A stretch of 64,000 nucleotides of DNA from an uncultured virus (IMG/VR IMGVR_UViG_3300022555_003212) (lineage: Duplodnaviria > Heunggongvirae > Uroviricota > Caudoviricetes): IMG/VR virus record IMGVR_UViG_3300022555_003212; one strand, 5' to 3'. Under the pieces are notes generated by a model, which was not told where the DNA came from, did no database searches, and worked only from the letters and a program-made list of their open reading frames with translations. The translations under genes were made by a program, and so were the position numbers. Shown here piece by piece: positions 48,786 to 57,558 of the stretch (its first letter is position 1; each line of letters starts with the position of its first letter).

Positions 48786-49621
48786 TAACCGCTAAATTAC
48801 TTGAATCCATACAATATAGAAATATGATAACAAATTTCAACACATTTGAAAGCTTATCTGTTGCTAAAAAATATCAAAAAGAAGTAGAAGAAAATGGATT
48901 AGACTTTTATATTTTAAAAAGATTAGACCCATCACGGACTTATAAATATCTTCCAACTATTTGTAGATATGCATTAGCTGGGGTTGAGCTTGATGATATA
49001 AATAAATACATTAAAGCCTTCGATATACTTACCTCAAAAAATAAAATAAAAAATAAAGACATATATTCATATAAAGATTTTGATTCTATTAAATTTATGA
49101 TTGACTCAATAGATGCAAAAACAAAGAATGACATAATTGGAGATATAAAGCAAGAAAGAGAATTAATTATGGATAATGACGATTTTTTAATTTTCATACC
49201 ATTGTCTCATAGGGCAAGCGTTAAATATGGAATGGGTACTAAATGGTGCATATCAATGAAAAATGATTCTTTCATGTGGTATGCTTTAACAAATTCAAAT
49301 ATTCTTTTTTATTTTGTAATTGTTAAAAATAAGAATGTATATGAAAATGTATTTAACAAATATAGGAATGAATTAGAAGAATCATCTCTTGGTGCACAAG
49401 GAGATATAAGAGCTATTGACAATTTTGAAAAATTTGTAGTTATGATATTCGGTGATAAGGGATATGGCAAAAAACGTAATATTCAGGTTTGGACAAAATC
49501 AAATCATTTACTAAACACAGAATGTAACAATGAATTCTTTAAAAATATTGGATTATCACCAGAATTATTTAAAAATGATCTTAAATATTTGGATATAAGT
49601 AGAGATGATTTGGACGATTAA
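48782..49621 (+). CDS. double N-tag protein with KYGxGTKWCI motif
   Basis: MITAKLLE..MITNFNTFE; no FDL tail. Confidence 0.75.
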   Translation: MITAKLLESIQYRNMITNFNTFESLSVAKKYQKEVEENGLDFYILKRLDPSRTYKYLPTICRYALAGVELDDINKYIKAFDILTSKNKIKNKDIYSYKDFDSIKFMIDSIDAKTKNDIIGDIKQERELIMDNDDFLIFIPLSHRASVKYGMGTKWCISMKNDSFMWYALTNSNILFYFVIVKNKNVYENVFNKYRNELEESSLGAQGDIRAIDNFEKFVVMIFGDKGYGKKRNIQVWTKSNHLLNTECNNEFFKNIGLSPELFKNDLKYLDISRDDLDD

Positions 49622-49776
49622 GATATTTCCCAAAAATATTTTCAATAGAATTTTTTTTTCTCAAAAATTGTTTGTACATTTGTCATGTTATAATTAACTG
49701 AATGTTTAACCGCCCCTACCACTTAAAGCCCTATACAAGAAATATCACAAACTAATAGAAAAGCCAAAAAAGCAAG

Positions 49777-49801
49777 AAAACGCCCCCAACGGGGGCGTTT
49801 T
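49777..49801. terminator. intrinsic terminator
   Basis: AAAACGCCCC-CAACG-GGGGCGTTTT. Confidence 0.75.
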
Positions 49802-49804
49802 CTA

Positions 49805-50134
49805 TTATAAATCAAATCTTTCTGAAGCCTTACGAGTGTGGTAATCTTTTAAACTTTGATCTGTTGTAAATAATCCAACACCATCCCTAAACTCAAACGT
49901 GTGCTTATCTTTAATGCTTTTGTAGACTCGTGCAAGACTTCCATCATTATCTTCTACATGATATTCGGTGAATACACCACGAGGTCCAGGAAAATCATTA
50001 TGATGTAATTTATATAAATTTCCATGAGTAAAACTATAATCATTAACCAAGCTGATAAATTTCTCAGTCCCATACGGTAAAATACAAAGTAAATATTCAT
50101 CAAGAGCTTTATAACTTTCGAATTTATATATCAT
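49805..50134 (-). CDS. N-tag + FDL-tail protein
   Basis: MIYKFE...ERFDL. Confidence 0.8.
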   Translation of the reverse strand: MIYKFESYKALDEYLLCILPYGTEKFISLVNDYSFTHGNLYKLHHNDFPGPRGVFTEYHVEDNDGSLARVYKSIKDKHTFEFRDGVGLFTTDQSLKDYHTRKASERFDL

Positions 50135-50475
50135 AGGTCAAATGTTCTTCCTTTTAGATATGCAACCAGCGTTCTTTTTTCTTTTGCCCAAATTTTAATA
50201 TCATTAATTGTAACCTTTAAATACGTGTGTGGTGGTTTTACATCAAAGTCGTGATCAAATTGATATTGATATCTACAAAATTCTTGATCATCTGGGTAAT
50301 TAATAAAGTATAATGGTTTGCTTGTCGAATATGTGATATGATCTATTACACCAATATGATTCTTTAAGAAAGTTTTTACTGGTTCCTCATCCCCGCCAAC
50401 GACAGCAATAGTCGGTTCAATTAAGACGTAGCAACCAATCTTAGGGGTTTTACTTAGAGCTTCGAATGTCATCAT
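50131..50475 (-). CDS. N-tag + FDL-tail protein
   Basis: MMTFE...RTFDL. Confidence 0.8.
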   Translation of the reverse strand: MMTFEALSKTPKIGCYVLIEPTIAVVGGDEEPVKTFLKNHIGVIDHITYSTSKPLYFINYPDDQEFCRYQYQFDHDFDVKPPHTYLKVTINDIKIWAKEKRTLVAYLKGRTFDL

Positions 50476-50525
50476 TGAGTTATATATTTATTTTTGTTTT
50501 CAATAAAAAATATTTAACTTTGAGT

Positions 50526-50747
50526 ATGCTAACAATTTGCCCATATAGTGATATTTGTAAAGATGATTTAGGATGCCTTCATAGAACATGGCATGAACGA
50601 TCAAATTTTTGTGAGAAGCTATGTGCGCCATCATTTGATACCGCAGCCTACTGTGAAGATAAAACTTGCATTCCAATATCAAAGCTCAGAAAAAACAAAT
50701 TAAAAAAGATTAATTGTACCCACAATGTTTCTAAAACTTTAGAATAA
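50526..50747 (+). CDS. Cys-rich protein, RxxKLxxI tail
   Basis: MLTICPY...LRKNKLKKI; TAACTTTG box upstream. Confidence 0.7.
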   Translation: MLTICPYSDICKDDLGCLHRTWHERSNFCEKLCAPSFDTAAYCEDKTCIPISKLRKNKLKKINCTHNVSKTLE

Positions 50748-50790
50748 GTTTTTAATATATAGAGTATATTTTTGTGTTCATGTTATTTGG

Positions 50791-50827
50791 GAGAGAGGGC
50801 AGTTCGATTTGACTGCTCTCTTTTTTT
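50791..50827 (+). terminator. hairpin + U-tract
   Basis: GAGAGAGGGCAGT-TCGATTTG-ACTGCTCTCTTTTTTT. Confidence 0.6.
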
Positions 50828-50836
50828 GTGCCCACA

Positions 50837-51037
50837 CTAAAATTCTTTAGGTTCTTCTTGATCTTTAATTTGCTGTAATTTTTCTTTACGAGTATCTTTT
50901 TCAAATAAAAAAATTACGGCACCATTATTTCCACTACCAGCGGAACACATCATTGTTATTCTCCAACCTTTATATTGATCTTGTAATTTATTCAAATCGT
51001 ATTGATCTGGGTTTCTTACCAATTCTAACTTTTGCAT
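50837..51037 (-). CDS. hypothetical, RxxKLxxI tail
   Basis: TRKEKLQQI. Confidence 0.7.
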   Translation of the reverse strand: MQKLELVRNPDQYDLNKLQDQYKGWRITMMCSAGSGNNGAVIFLFEKDTRKEKLQQIKDQEEPKEF

Positions 51038-51095
51038 TGTAATAAATTTTATGCAAATATAAAAATAATTTTCAAAAGTTTAATATATACAATTA

Positions 51096-51443
51096 ATGAT
51101 AACACAATTTAAGGTATTTGAATCAATAGATATTCCACAAGAGGATGATTATGTTTATTTTGTCATACCAGACTTGAAATATCCAGACGGAACACATAAA
51201 AGAGATAGTGTTTCAGGATTTGGTAAGATTAGGCATTATATTCCAAAATCAAATTGGCAATATTTTGTCGATGATGTAAATCATATACCAGATGTTAAAC
51301 CAATATTAACAGACTACACTTTTGATGATGGATTAAATAATACAGAACATGGGGAGTATGTTAAAAAAGATGAAATAAAATATTGGGGTAAAACATTAAA
51401 GGATGTTCAGAGAAAAATGTCAGAAGATAGATTTGATTTATGA
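51096..51443 (+). CDS. N-tag + FDL-tail protein
   Basis: MITQFKVFE...DRFDL. Confidence 0.8.
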   Translation: MITQFKVFESIDIPQEDDYVYFVIPDLKYPDGTHKRDSVSGFGKIRHYIPKSNWQYFVDDVNHIPDVKPILTDYTFDDGLNNTEHGEYVKKDEIKYWGKTLKDVQRKMSEDRFDL

Positions 51444-51790
51444 TAACACAATTTAAAATATTTGAATCACTTAATTCTGGTGAGATAGAAGCTGGCGATT
51501 ATGCTATATGTGAATGCCTTAATAAGGGATTTGAACCATTAAATTTATTTTTGAAAGGTGCAATAGGTAGAATTGCGCACGTTGAAGAAGAGTGGAAAAA
51601 TTATAAATATAAGGTAATATACGATGAGGTACCATATTTTGTTGCTGGAATATTTTTTCAAATAGAACGAGCACTTGATTCATCATATATAAAATATGTT
51701 AGATATTTTAAATTGGATGAAATTAAATTTTACTCAAATAATAAACAGGATTTGATTACTCACCTTAAAGCAACTCAATTTGATCTATGA
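51440..51790 (+). CDS. N-tag + FDL-tail protein
   Basis: MITQFKIFE...TQFDL. Confidence 0.8.
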   Translation: MITQFKIFESLNSGEIEAGDYAICECLNKGFEPLNLFLKGAIGRIAHVEEEWKNYKYKVIYDEVPYFVAGIFFQIERALDSSYIKYVRYFKLDEIKFYSNNKQDLITHLKATQFDL

Positions 51791-52116
51791 TAACTAAATT
51801 CAACTTATTCGAAAAGTATTCCGCAATTATAGATAATAATATATATCATGAGGATGATTATATTATATACTATACATCATTTAAAGATTTGAGGATAATT
51901 AAAATTTCTGTAATAACAACAGATTTCGATGATATCCACGCATTAGTATGTCGTATAATTAAAACAACTGAGGGTGATGATTATATCGGTATGAAAGTTG
52001 CACTTGAACAAAATTACATTAAAGATAATATTAGACCCATAATTATAACTGATGATTTGGCTAAAGCTGAAGCCGAATATGATAAAGAAATGACTAAAAA
52101 AAGATTTGATTTATAA
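51787..52116 (+). CDS. N-tag + FDL-tail protein
   Basis: MITKFNLFE...KRFDL. Confidence 0.8.
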   Translation: MITKFNLFEKYSAIIDNNIYHEDDYIIYYTSFKDLRIIKISVITTDFDDIHALVCRIIKTTEGDDYIGMKVALEQNYIKDNIRPIIITDDLAKAEAEYDKEMTKKRFDL

Positions 52117-52670
52117 TGGAACTATTAGATGGAATGTTAGATAGAATATTGATGGAAGGACATATTGGATGGTTTGAAGACAGACAGGCTAAATTTATTG
52201 AAATTATTAAGGATTTAAAACCAAAGAATATAATTGAAATTGGATATAATGCTGGTCATTCAGCATTATTGATTTGCCAAAATTCTCCAGTTGATAATCT
52301 TTATATTTTTGATATAAATACGCATCATTATACAATACCTAATTATAATGTGTTTAAGAACGCATATCCAGACAAAAATATAGTTTTCACTGAAGGATCA
52401 ACAATAGATACACTTAAACCATTTATGGATGCGTATGATGGAGAATTATTCGATTTTGTTGAGGTTGATGGTGGTCATACAACTGATCTGGTGTTAAATG
52501 ATGTTTATTCTACTTGGAATAAAATTAGATCGGGAGGAATTATATATATTGATGACTATAATGCAAGCAGATTTAATAGTCCAGAAGTTGATGCTGGGGT
52601 AGATTCAATTGATTGGTCTAAGTTTGATACATTCAGCGTGGATGGAATATTTTGGGCGATAAAAAAATAA
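52116..52670 (+). CDS. class I SAM-dependent methyltransferase (Methyltransf_24-like)
   Basis: IEIGYNAGHS, VDGGH, GGIIYIDDY. Confidence 0.85.
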   Translation: MELLDGMLDRILMEGHIGWFEDRQAKFIEIIKDLKPKNIIEIGYNAGHSALLICQNSPVDNLYIFDINTHHYTIPNYNVFKNAYPDKNIVFTEGSTIDTLKPFMDAYDGELFDFVEVDGGHTTDLVLNDVYSTWNKIRSGGIIYIDDYNASRFNSPEVDAGVDSIDWSKFDTFSVDGIFWAIKK

Positions 52671-52674
52671 ATAT

Positions 52675-53019
52675 ATGATAACAATATTTGAAACATATAA
52701 GTCTAAACCAAGAGTTGGTGATTATGTAATCTGCCAAGATTCACTTAGCCAAACATATTGTGATCTTAATTATTATTTATTAAGTCATATTGGACAAATT
52801 ATTACATGGGAAACTTCTGGGGATACCCTTGATATTAATGTTGGTAGTCAAGTATATATGGTTTCTTATGAAAATGTTCCAGATGATGTTAGTCACTTTT
52901 TTAAAATGGATGATGATGGTATGATAGTAAGATCATTCTGGCGTAAAGAAATGATCTATTGGTCACCAGTTAAAAAAGATGTTGAGCGGTATTTAACTCA
53001 ACAAAGATTTGATTTGTAA
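52675..53019 (+). CDS. N-tag + FDL-tail protein
   Basis: MITIFE...QRFDL. Confidence 0.8.
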   Translation: MITIFETYKSKPRVGDYVICQDSLSQTYCDLNYYLLSHIGQIITWETSGDTLDINVGSQVYMVSYENVPDDVSHFFKMDDDGMIVRSFWRKEMIYWSPVKKDVERYLTQQRFDL

Positions 53020-53074
53020 AAAACTCCAGTCCAACTAATTCAAAAAGTTATTATGATTTTTAATATATATCTTC

Positions 53075-53365
53075 ATGATAACGAAATTACATTTATTTGA
53101 AGCAATCAACCAAACATTAATGCCAGAAAAAGATGATTATGTTATCTGTGATGTTGTTGACCCATCTATTCCAGATACAACTAATGTGATTGGTAAAATT
53201 ATTAGTATTTCTGACTCTGGGATTGAACCTGTTTTTAAAGTAAAATTTGATGAATGGGAAGAAGATAGAAACACGTGGCCCGTTCTTGAACCAGAGATTA
53301 AAATGTGGTGTAAAAATCGTAAAGAACTTAAAAAAATATTAACACAACGTAGATTTGACCTATGA
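53075..53365 (+). CDS. N-tag + FDL-tail protein
   Basis: MITKLHLFE...RRFDL. Confidence 0.8.
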   Translation: MITKLHLFEAINQTLMPEKDDYVICDVVDPSIPDTTNVIGKIISISDSGIEPVFKVKFDEWEEDRNTWPVLEPEIKMWCKNRKELKKILTQRRFDL

Positions 53366-53715
53366 TAACAAAATTTAAAATATTTGAAAAAGTACACTGT
53401 GAAATACAGCTTGAAGGTGAATTCCCAAAAATTGGAGATTTTGTAATTTGTAGGGAATCAATTAATGCCCTAATTGATGAATTTTTATCTACTCATGTCG
53501 GTGAAATTGTTGGCACTGGTGGGCTATTACCATACACTGTATCATTCGGGTTAATAGAAAATCTTCCAGACTATATGAAATCATACTTTAACGGTAATCT
53601 GATTAAAGTCGAGGGACTCGCTGTAAGAGATTTTGAATCATGGGATATTGTCAATTGGAGCACACATAAAAAGGATTTGGAGTCCCATATCACATCAAAA
53701 AGATTTGATTTATGA
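53362..53715 (+). CDS. N-tag + FDL-tail protein
   Basis: MITKFKIFE...KRFDL. Confidence 0.8.
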   Translation: MITKFKIFEKVHCEIQLEGEFPKIGDFVICRESINALIDEFLSTHVGEIVGTGGLLPYTVSFGLIENLPDYMKSYFNGNLIKVEGLAVRDFESWDIVNWSTHKKDLESHITSKRFDL

Positions 53716-54026
53716 AATATATTAAAGCATTTGAATTTGTTAAGGTTGTGCGGCAGTCTGATGAGCGTCCTGAGGAAAAGAATTATATTATAGCACGAGC
53801 ACCTGTTGGAGGTGATTCTTCAATAGACTATTATCTAAGAACAACAATCGGTCAAATTATTGAAGTTCATCCTGACTCAGGCACCAGAGAATTTGATTAT
53901 AAAGTTAGGTATGATAAGCCGCCATACAATAATGTACGGTGGGTTTCTTACCCAGAAATTTTATTTTGGTCATCAAATAAAAAAGAACTTGAATCACAAT
54001 TAAAAGCATCAAGATTTGACTTATGA
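53712..54026 (+). CDS. N-tag + FDL-tail protein
   Basis: MKYIKAFE...SRFDL. Confidence 0.8.
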   Translation: MKYIKAFEFVKVVRQSDERPEEKNYIIARAPVGGDSSIDYYLRTTIGQIIEVHPDSGTREFDYKVRYDKPPYNNVRWVSYPEILFWSSNKKELESQLKASRFDL

Positions 54027-54575
54027 TAATTCAATTCAAATTATTTGAAAATGCAACAGTTAATGTGGGTGATTACATAATCAATTGGTTTATAATCCCA
54101 GTAATAAACAAGATAATCACCAACCTTGAGACTATTCATAAACGAAACAACTTGAGCATTCCGTTTATCCAAATCTTCTTTATTGTGAGGTACTCCCCAC
54201 CCGTCATCGTATAATACAATACAAAAAGGAAATCAATTCGATTTATGAAATATTTGAAATATTTTGAAATTAACAATATATCTGATATAGATTTATGCAT
54301 ACAACTTTTTCAACATATGCACTCCATCCATTAAAATCGTCTGCACCATCAGGATAAAGGTTTGAAAGTTCTTTAAAATAAAAAACTGGATAATCTCCAT
54401 CATGATCAGAGTGGATACGTTTAATTTTTGTCAACTTAATTAAATGCGGTACTGTGCGAAACGTGATACTATAACAAGAGATATCGAAGAAGCTTGGCTT
54501 GTATACAATGATTTGCTACCTAAACTTCAGAAGATACGTCAGCAAATGCTGACCCAAAACAAATTCGATTTATGA
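54023..54575 (+). pseudogene. two scrambled tag-family genes with inverted interiors
   Basis: tags intact on + (MIIQFKLFE, GNQFDL, MKYLKYFE, NKFDL); 54077-54214 and 54293-54474 read as coding on -. Confidence 0.8.
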
Positions 54576-54934
54576 TAACAGATTTCAAAATATTTGAGAA
54601 TAAAAATATAGAATTTGAAGTTCTATGTGTTCGAGAACCATTAGTAAATAAAGGTTTTGATTTCGAAGTTGGTAACAAATACAAATTCAGTACAAATTTG
54701 GGACGTGCCCTTAGAAACTATAAACCTCACCTAAAAAAAGAGCACAAAGGAAATATAACAGATGGTAAAGGTAATCAAATAGTATCATTTATCGTACAAG
54801 ATTCTATTGATGATGTGCAAGAATTTATTCTTAGCGGTGGTGATGAAAGAAATCCAAATTCATTTTTATTCACAAAAGATCAGTCATTATTGGATTATCA
54901 AAAAAGATGTAAATTTAAAAGATTCGATCTGTAA
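54572..54934 (+). CDS. N-tag + FDL-tail protein
   Basis: MITDFKIFE...KRFDL. Confidence 0.8.
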   Translation: MITDFKIFENKNIEFEVLCVREPLVNKGFDFEVGNKYKFSTNLGRALRNYKPHLKKEHKGNITDGKGNQIVSFIVQDSIDDVQEFILSGGDERNPNSFLFTKDQSLLDYQKRCKFKRFDL

Positions 54935-54985
54935 TATATTAAACATTACGCACAATTTTGTGTAAAATTTTTAATATATAAATTT

Positions 54986-55474
54986 ATGAAATATCTTAAA
55001 TCTTACGAAAATAGATTTGATGACAATTATGAGATAAGATCAGATGGTATGTTTATACAAAAGCCTAAGATCGAACCAATAATAGATATTACTGGTTCAA
55101 TGAAAACCAACAATAGTAAGTGGGCGTTTCTGTGCATTATTTCAAAAGATACAGATAAATTCAGAGTTGGAAAACTGTATTTATTTTCACCAAATCCAAC
55201 CACAGAATCACTTGGGGTGATAGAAGATAATATCGGTAGAAACCATACAGCCAAAGTATATTCTGATACTGAGAATAAAACAAAAACTAAAGAATGTATA
55301 TTAGATGATTATGTTGATGATTTTTTGTTTACTGCCGATAAGTCAATAAGAGAATATATTTTAAGAAATAAAATAAATGGAATGGAAGAATTTAATAAGC
55401 TTTCTAAAATGTCTAAGGCTGAAAGAAATGATCTAATTAAAAAGAATAAAATGATAGATAGATTTGATTTATGA
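54986..55474 (+). CDS. N-tag + FDL-tail protein
   Basis: MKYLKSYE...DRFDL. Confidence 0.8.
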   Translation: MKYLKSYENRFDDNYEIRSDGMFIQKPKIEPIIDITGSMKTNNSKWAFLCIISKDTDKFRVGKLYLFSPNPTTESLGVIEDNIGRNHTAKVYSDTENKTKTKECILDDYVDDFLFTADKSIREYILRNKINGMEEFNKLSKMSKAERNDLIKKNKMIDRFDL

Positions 55475-55730
55475 ACTAAAAAATAATCAAACTGCCATGT
55501 TCCACGCTGAACCTATAACAAAAGACACAATCTACACAAACTTAATGAAGAAAGCATTATCAAAACCTCAGGTGAACGACTTATTGGATATACTTTCTAA
55601 CATTATTAAAGGCGATTCCGCCTATTACATTAGTACCGATGACGGTGAATTCATAATGTATCTTAGTGAATTGAAAAATAAAAGAATAATAAATAAGAAA
55701 TTGCCAAAAAAATTATTTAAACAATCATGA
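55464..55730 (+). pseudogene. probably 5'-truncated gene
   Basis: frame opens inside the upstream GATTTATGA; the overlapping ATG gives only MN-stop. Confidence 0.4.
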
Positions 55731-55742
55731 ACATATTACATA

Positions 55743-55949
55743 TGAACTACTACGACACTAAAGATGTCGTAGTTTCTACGCCACAAGCACAATGTAACCA
55801 TTCACTTTGAGTGACGCTGGGTTTGTTCCTCAACCCAAAATTTCTTATATAATCGTAAAAGTCATTTTTTTCTAAAAATAATTTCAATATGTTCGTCAAA
55901 ATTCATCAACGATGCTAAAGACATCGTTGTTTTCTTTTGACAGACTTTT
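55743..55949 (-). mobile_element. non-autonomous IS200/IS605-type miniature element
   Basis: two subterminal hairpins with the same CTAAAGA loop (55749-55773, 55907-55929); minus-strand end ..TAGTTCA; no tnpA/tnpB. Confidence 0.65.
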
Positions 55950-55984
55950 ATAAAAACCATGTTGAAAAAATAATATATACAACA

Positions 55985-56056
55985 TATACGATCATTAGGA
56001 CCGTTATAGCTTCGGCTATGAGCTAATTAGAATTCGCTACTCTAATTAGCTCTTTT
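55985..56056 (+). ncRNA. candidate small RNA
   Basis: ATATATA box, C(UUCG)G hairpin 56006-56019, 12-bp hairpin 56020-56052 plus U-tract. Confidence 0.5.
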
Positions 56057-56084
56057 AATTTGTATTTTTTTTTATATATACCAT

Positions 56085-56567
56085 ATGATAACCAATTTCA
56101 AAATATTTGAAGATAACACTGAAGAACCACTTTATCTTTTTACTATATTTGATTTGGAAGAAGTAGTTAGAACTATTCAAACTATTCAAACTAATAAATT
56201 TAATAAGATTTCGATGTTATTTGATTCAACACTGGGTATACTAAAAAGTCTTATTGGTTCAAAGATTAAAATCCCAGCATATTATGATAAGTTTTTTTTA
56301 ATATCCGTAAGATTAAAAACCCCTGAAGAATATCAATCTTCTACTGGTACATATATCTTTTCATTTATTGAAGATACTGGAGGCTATTCACAGTCTTTAA
56401 TAGATTGGAAACATGGTGATAATAGTGCTGAAAGTGATTGTCCAAATAATAGCTATAATGAAATAATTGAAGTGTTTTCCACATCTAAACCAGAGCCAAA
56501 TGAAATATTAGAAATTACTACAAAAAGGATTAAACAAAGACGCACAGAAAAAAAATTCGATTTATGA
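56085..56567 (+). CDS. N-tag + FDL-tail protein
   Basis: MITNFKIFE...KKFDL. Confidence 0.8.
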   Translation: MITNFKIFEDNTEEPLYLFTIFDLEEVVRTIQTIQTNKFNKISMLFDSTLGILKSLIGSKIKIPAYYDKFFLISVRLKTPEEYQSSTGTYIFSFIEDTGGYSQSLIDWKHGDNSAESDCPNNSYNEIIEVFSTSKPEPNEILEITTKRIKQRRTEKKFDL

Positions 56568-56608
56568 GGTATATTAAAAATTTTGAATCAATAAATGATC
56601 CACTTTAG
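56564..56608 (+). pseudogene. orphan N-tag stub
   Basis: MRYIKNFESINDPL-stop. Confidence 0.65.
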
Positions 56609-57558
56609 CGGTTAAAGAAGAAGCTTTGATTCCGATAAGCCATTCCAAGCCGCTCAGCAAAAGTTTTATCTGAAGTTGAATCCCCAACCATGACGCATGA
56701 TTTCAAGTCTAATTTATGCTTGTGCATCATCAAAATTCCATTACCAGACTGCGGCTTTCTGCAATAACAAGTATCCTTTGGTGGTAAATGTGGGCAGAAG
56801 CAATAATCATCGATCAGATTGCCCAGCAATGAATTGGTGTGCTCAATAAGCTCTTTTACTTTTTTTGTGGTTAGTGTACCCTTTGCAATTCCAGATTGAT
56901 TCGTTACAGCAATTATTTTATACCCATCAGCTTTGTATTTTTTTAAAACTTCGATGCTATTTTCCAAAATTACAATATCATCAATTTCAATTGGATATTG
57001 CTCAGAACCTATACTTCTCCGTACTGTACCGTCAAGATCAACAAACAATGCCTTATTAGTGTAGCCAAAGTTATCATTCCGTACAAACTTGGTGGTTTCT
57101 ACCTGATCAAACCCTTCAGTCAATGTAGCCCTTTCAAAATTCTTATTCATTGCGAATATCGGTGTTATGACGAACAAGTTTGGCTGAGCTTTTAAATTTG
57201 ATGGAATATCCTTGATGTGCATATAAATTTCACCACACCGTTCAAACATACGGTTTAATGAATTTATTAAGCAGTCGTCTTTTGATGTGAACATATAATG
57301 AGCCCCGATAGTTAAATTATGAGCTTGAGCATAATCAATAAATCTTTTTCGGGTATCTTTAGTTGTGTTTGTATTATCTATAACAACCTTTTTACCACGT
57401 TTTATTTCACGATCCAATGATACAGTTTCGATTGCAGAAGACATTGTTTTCTTATCGCAGCTAATAATAGTGTAGCCAAGGTTTTCATACTCTTTGCTTA
57501 TGGAACTTTTTCCTGATGCTGGTAAGCCTATCATTAGGATAATATCAGTTGTTAGCAT
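56605..57558 (-). CDS. polynucleotide kinase / 3'-phosphatase (P-loop kinase + HAD)
   Basis: GLPASGKS, IDNTN, DLDGTV, TNQSG, RKP, MVGD. Confidence 0.85.
   Translation of the reverse strand: MLTTDIILMIGLPASGKSSISKEYENLGYTIISCDKKTMSSAIETVSLDREIKRGKKVVIDNTNTTKDTRKRFIDYAQAHNLTIGAHYMFTSKDDCLINSLNRMFERCGEIYMHIKDIPSNLKAQPNLFVITPIFAMNKNFERATLTEGFDQVETTKFVRNDNFGYTNKALFVDLDGTVRRSIGSEQYPIEIDDIVILENSIEVLKKYKADGYKIIAVTNQSGIAKGTLTTKKVKELIEHTNSLLGNLIDDYCFCPHLPPKDTCYCRKPQSGNGILMMHKHKLDLKSCVMVGDSTSDKTFAERLGMAYRNQSFFFNR

Noticed and set aside
56171..56193. 9-bp tandem repeat (TIQTIQT)
   Set aside because: Ordinary slippage duplication with no further structure
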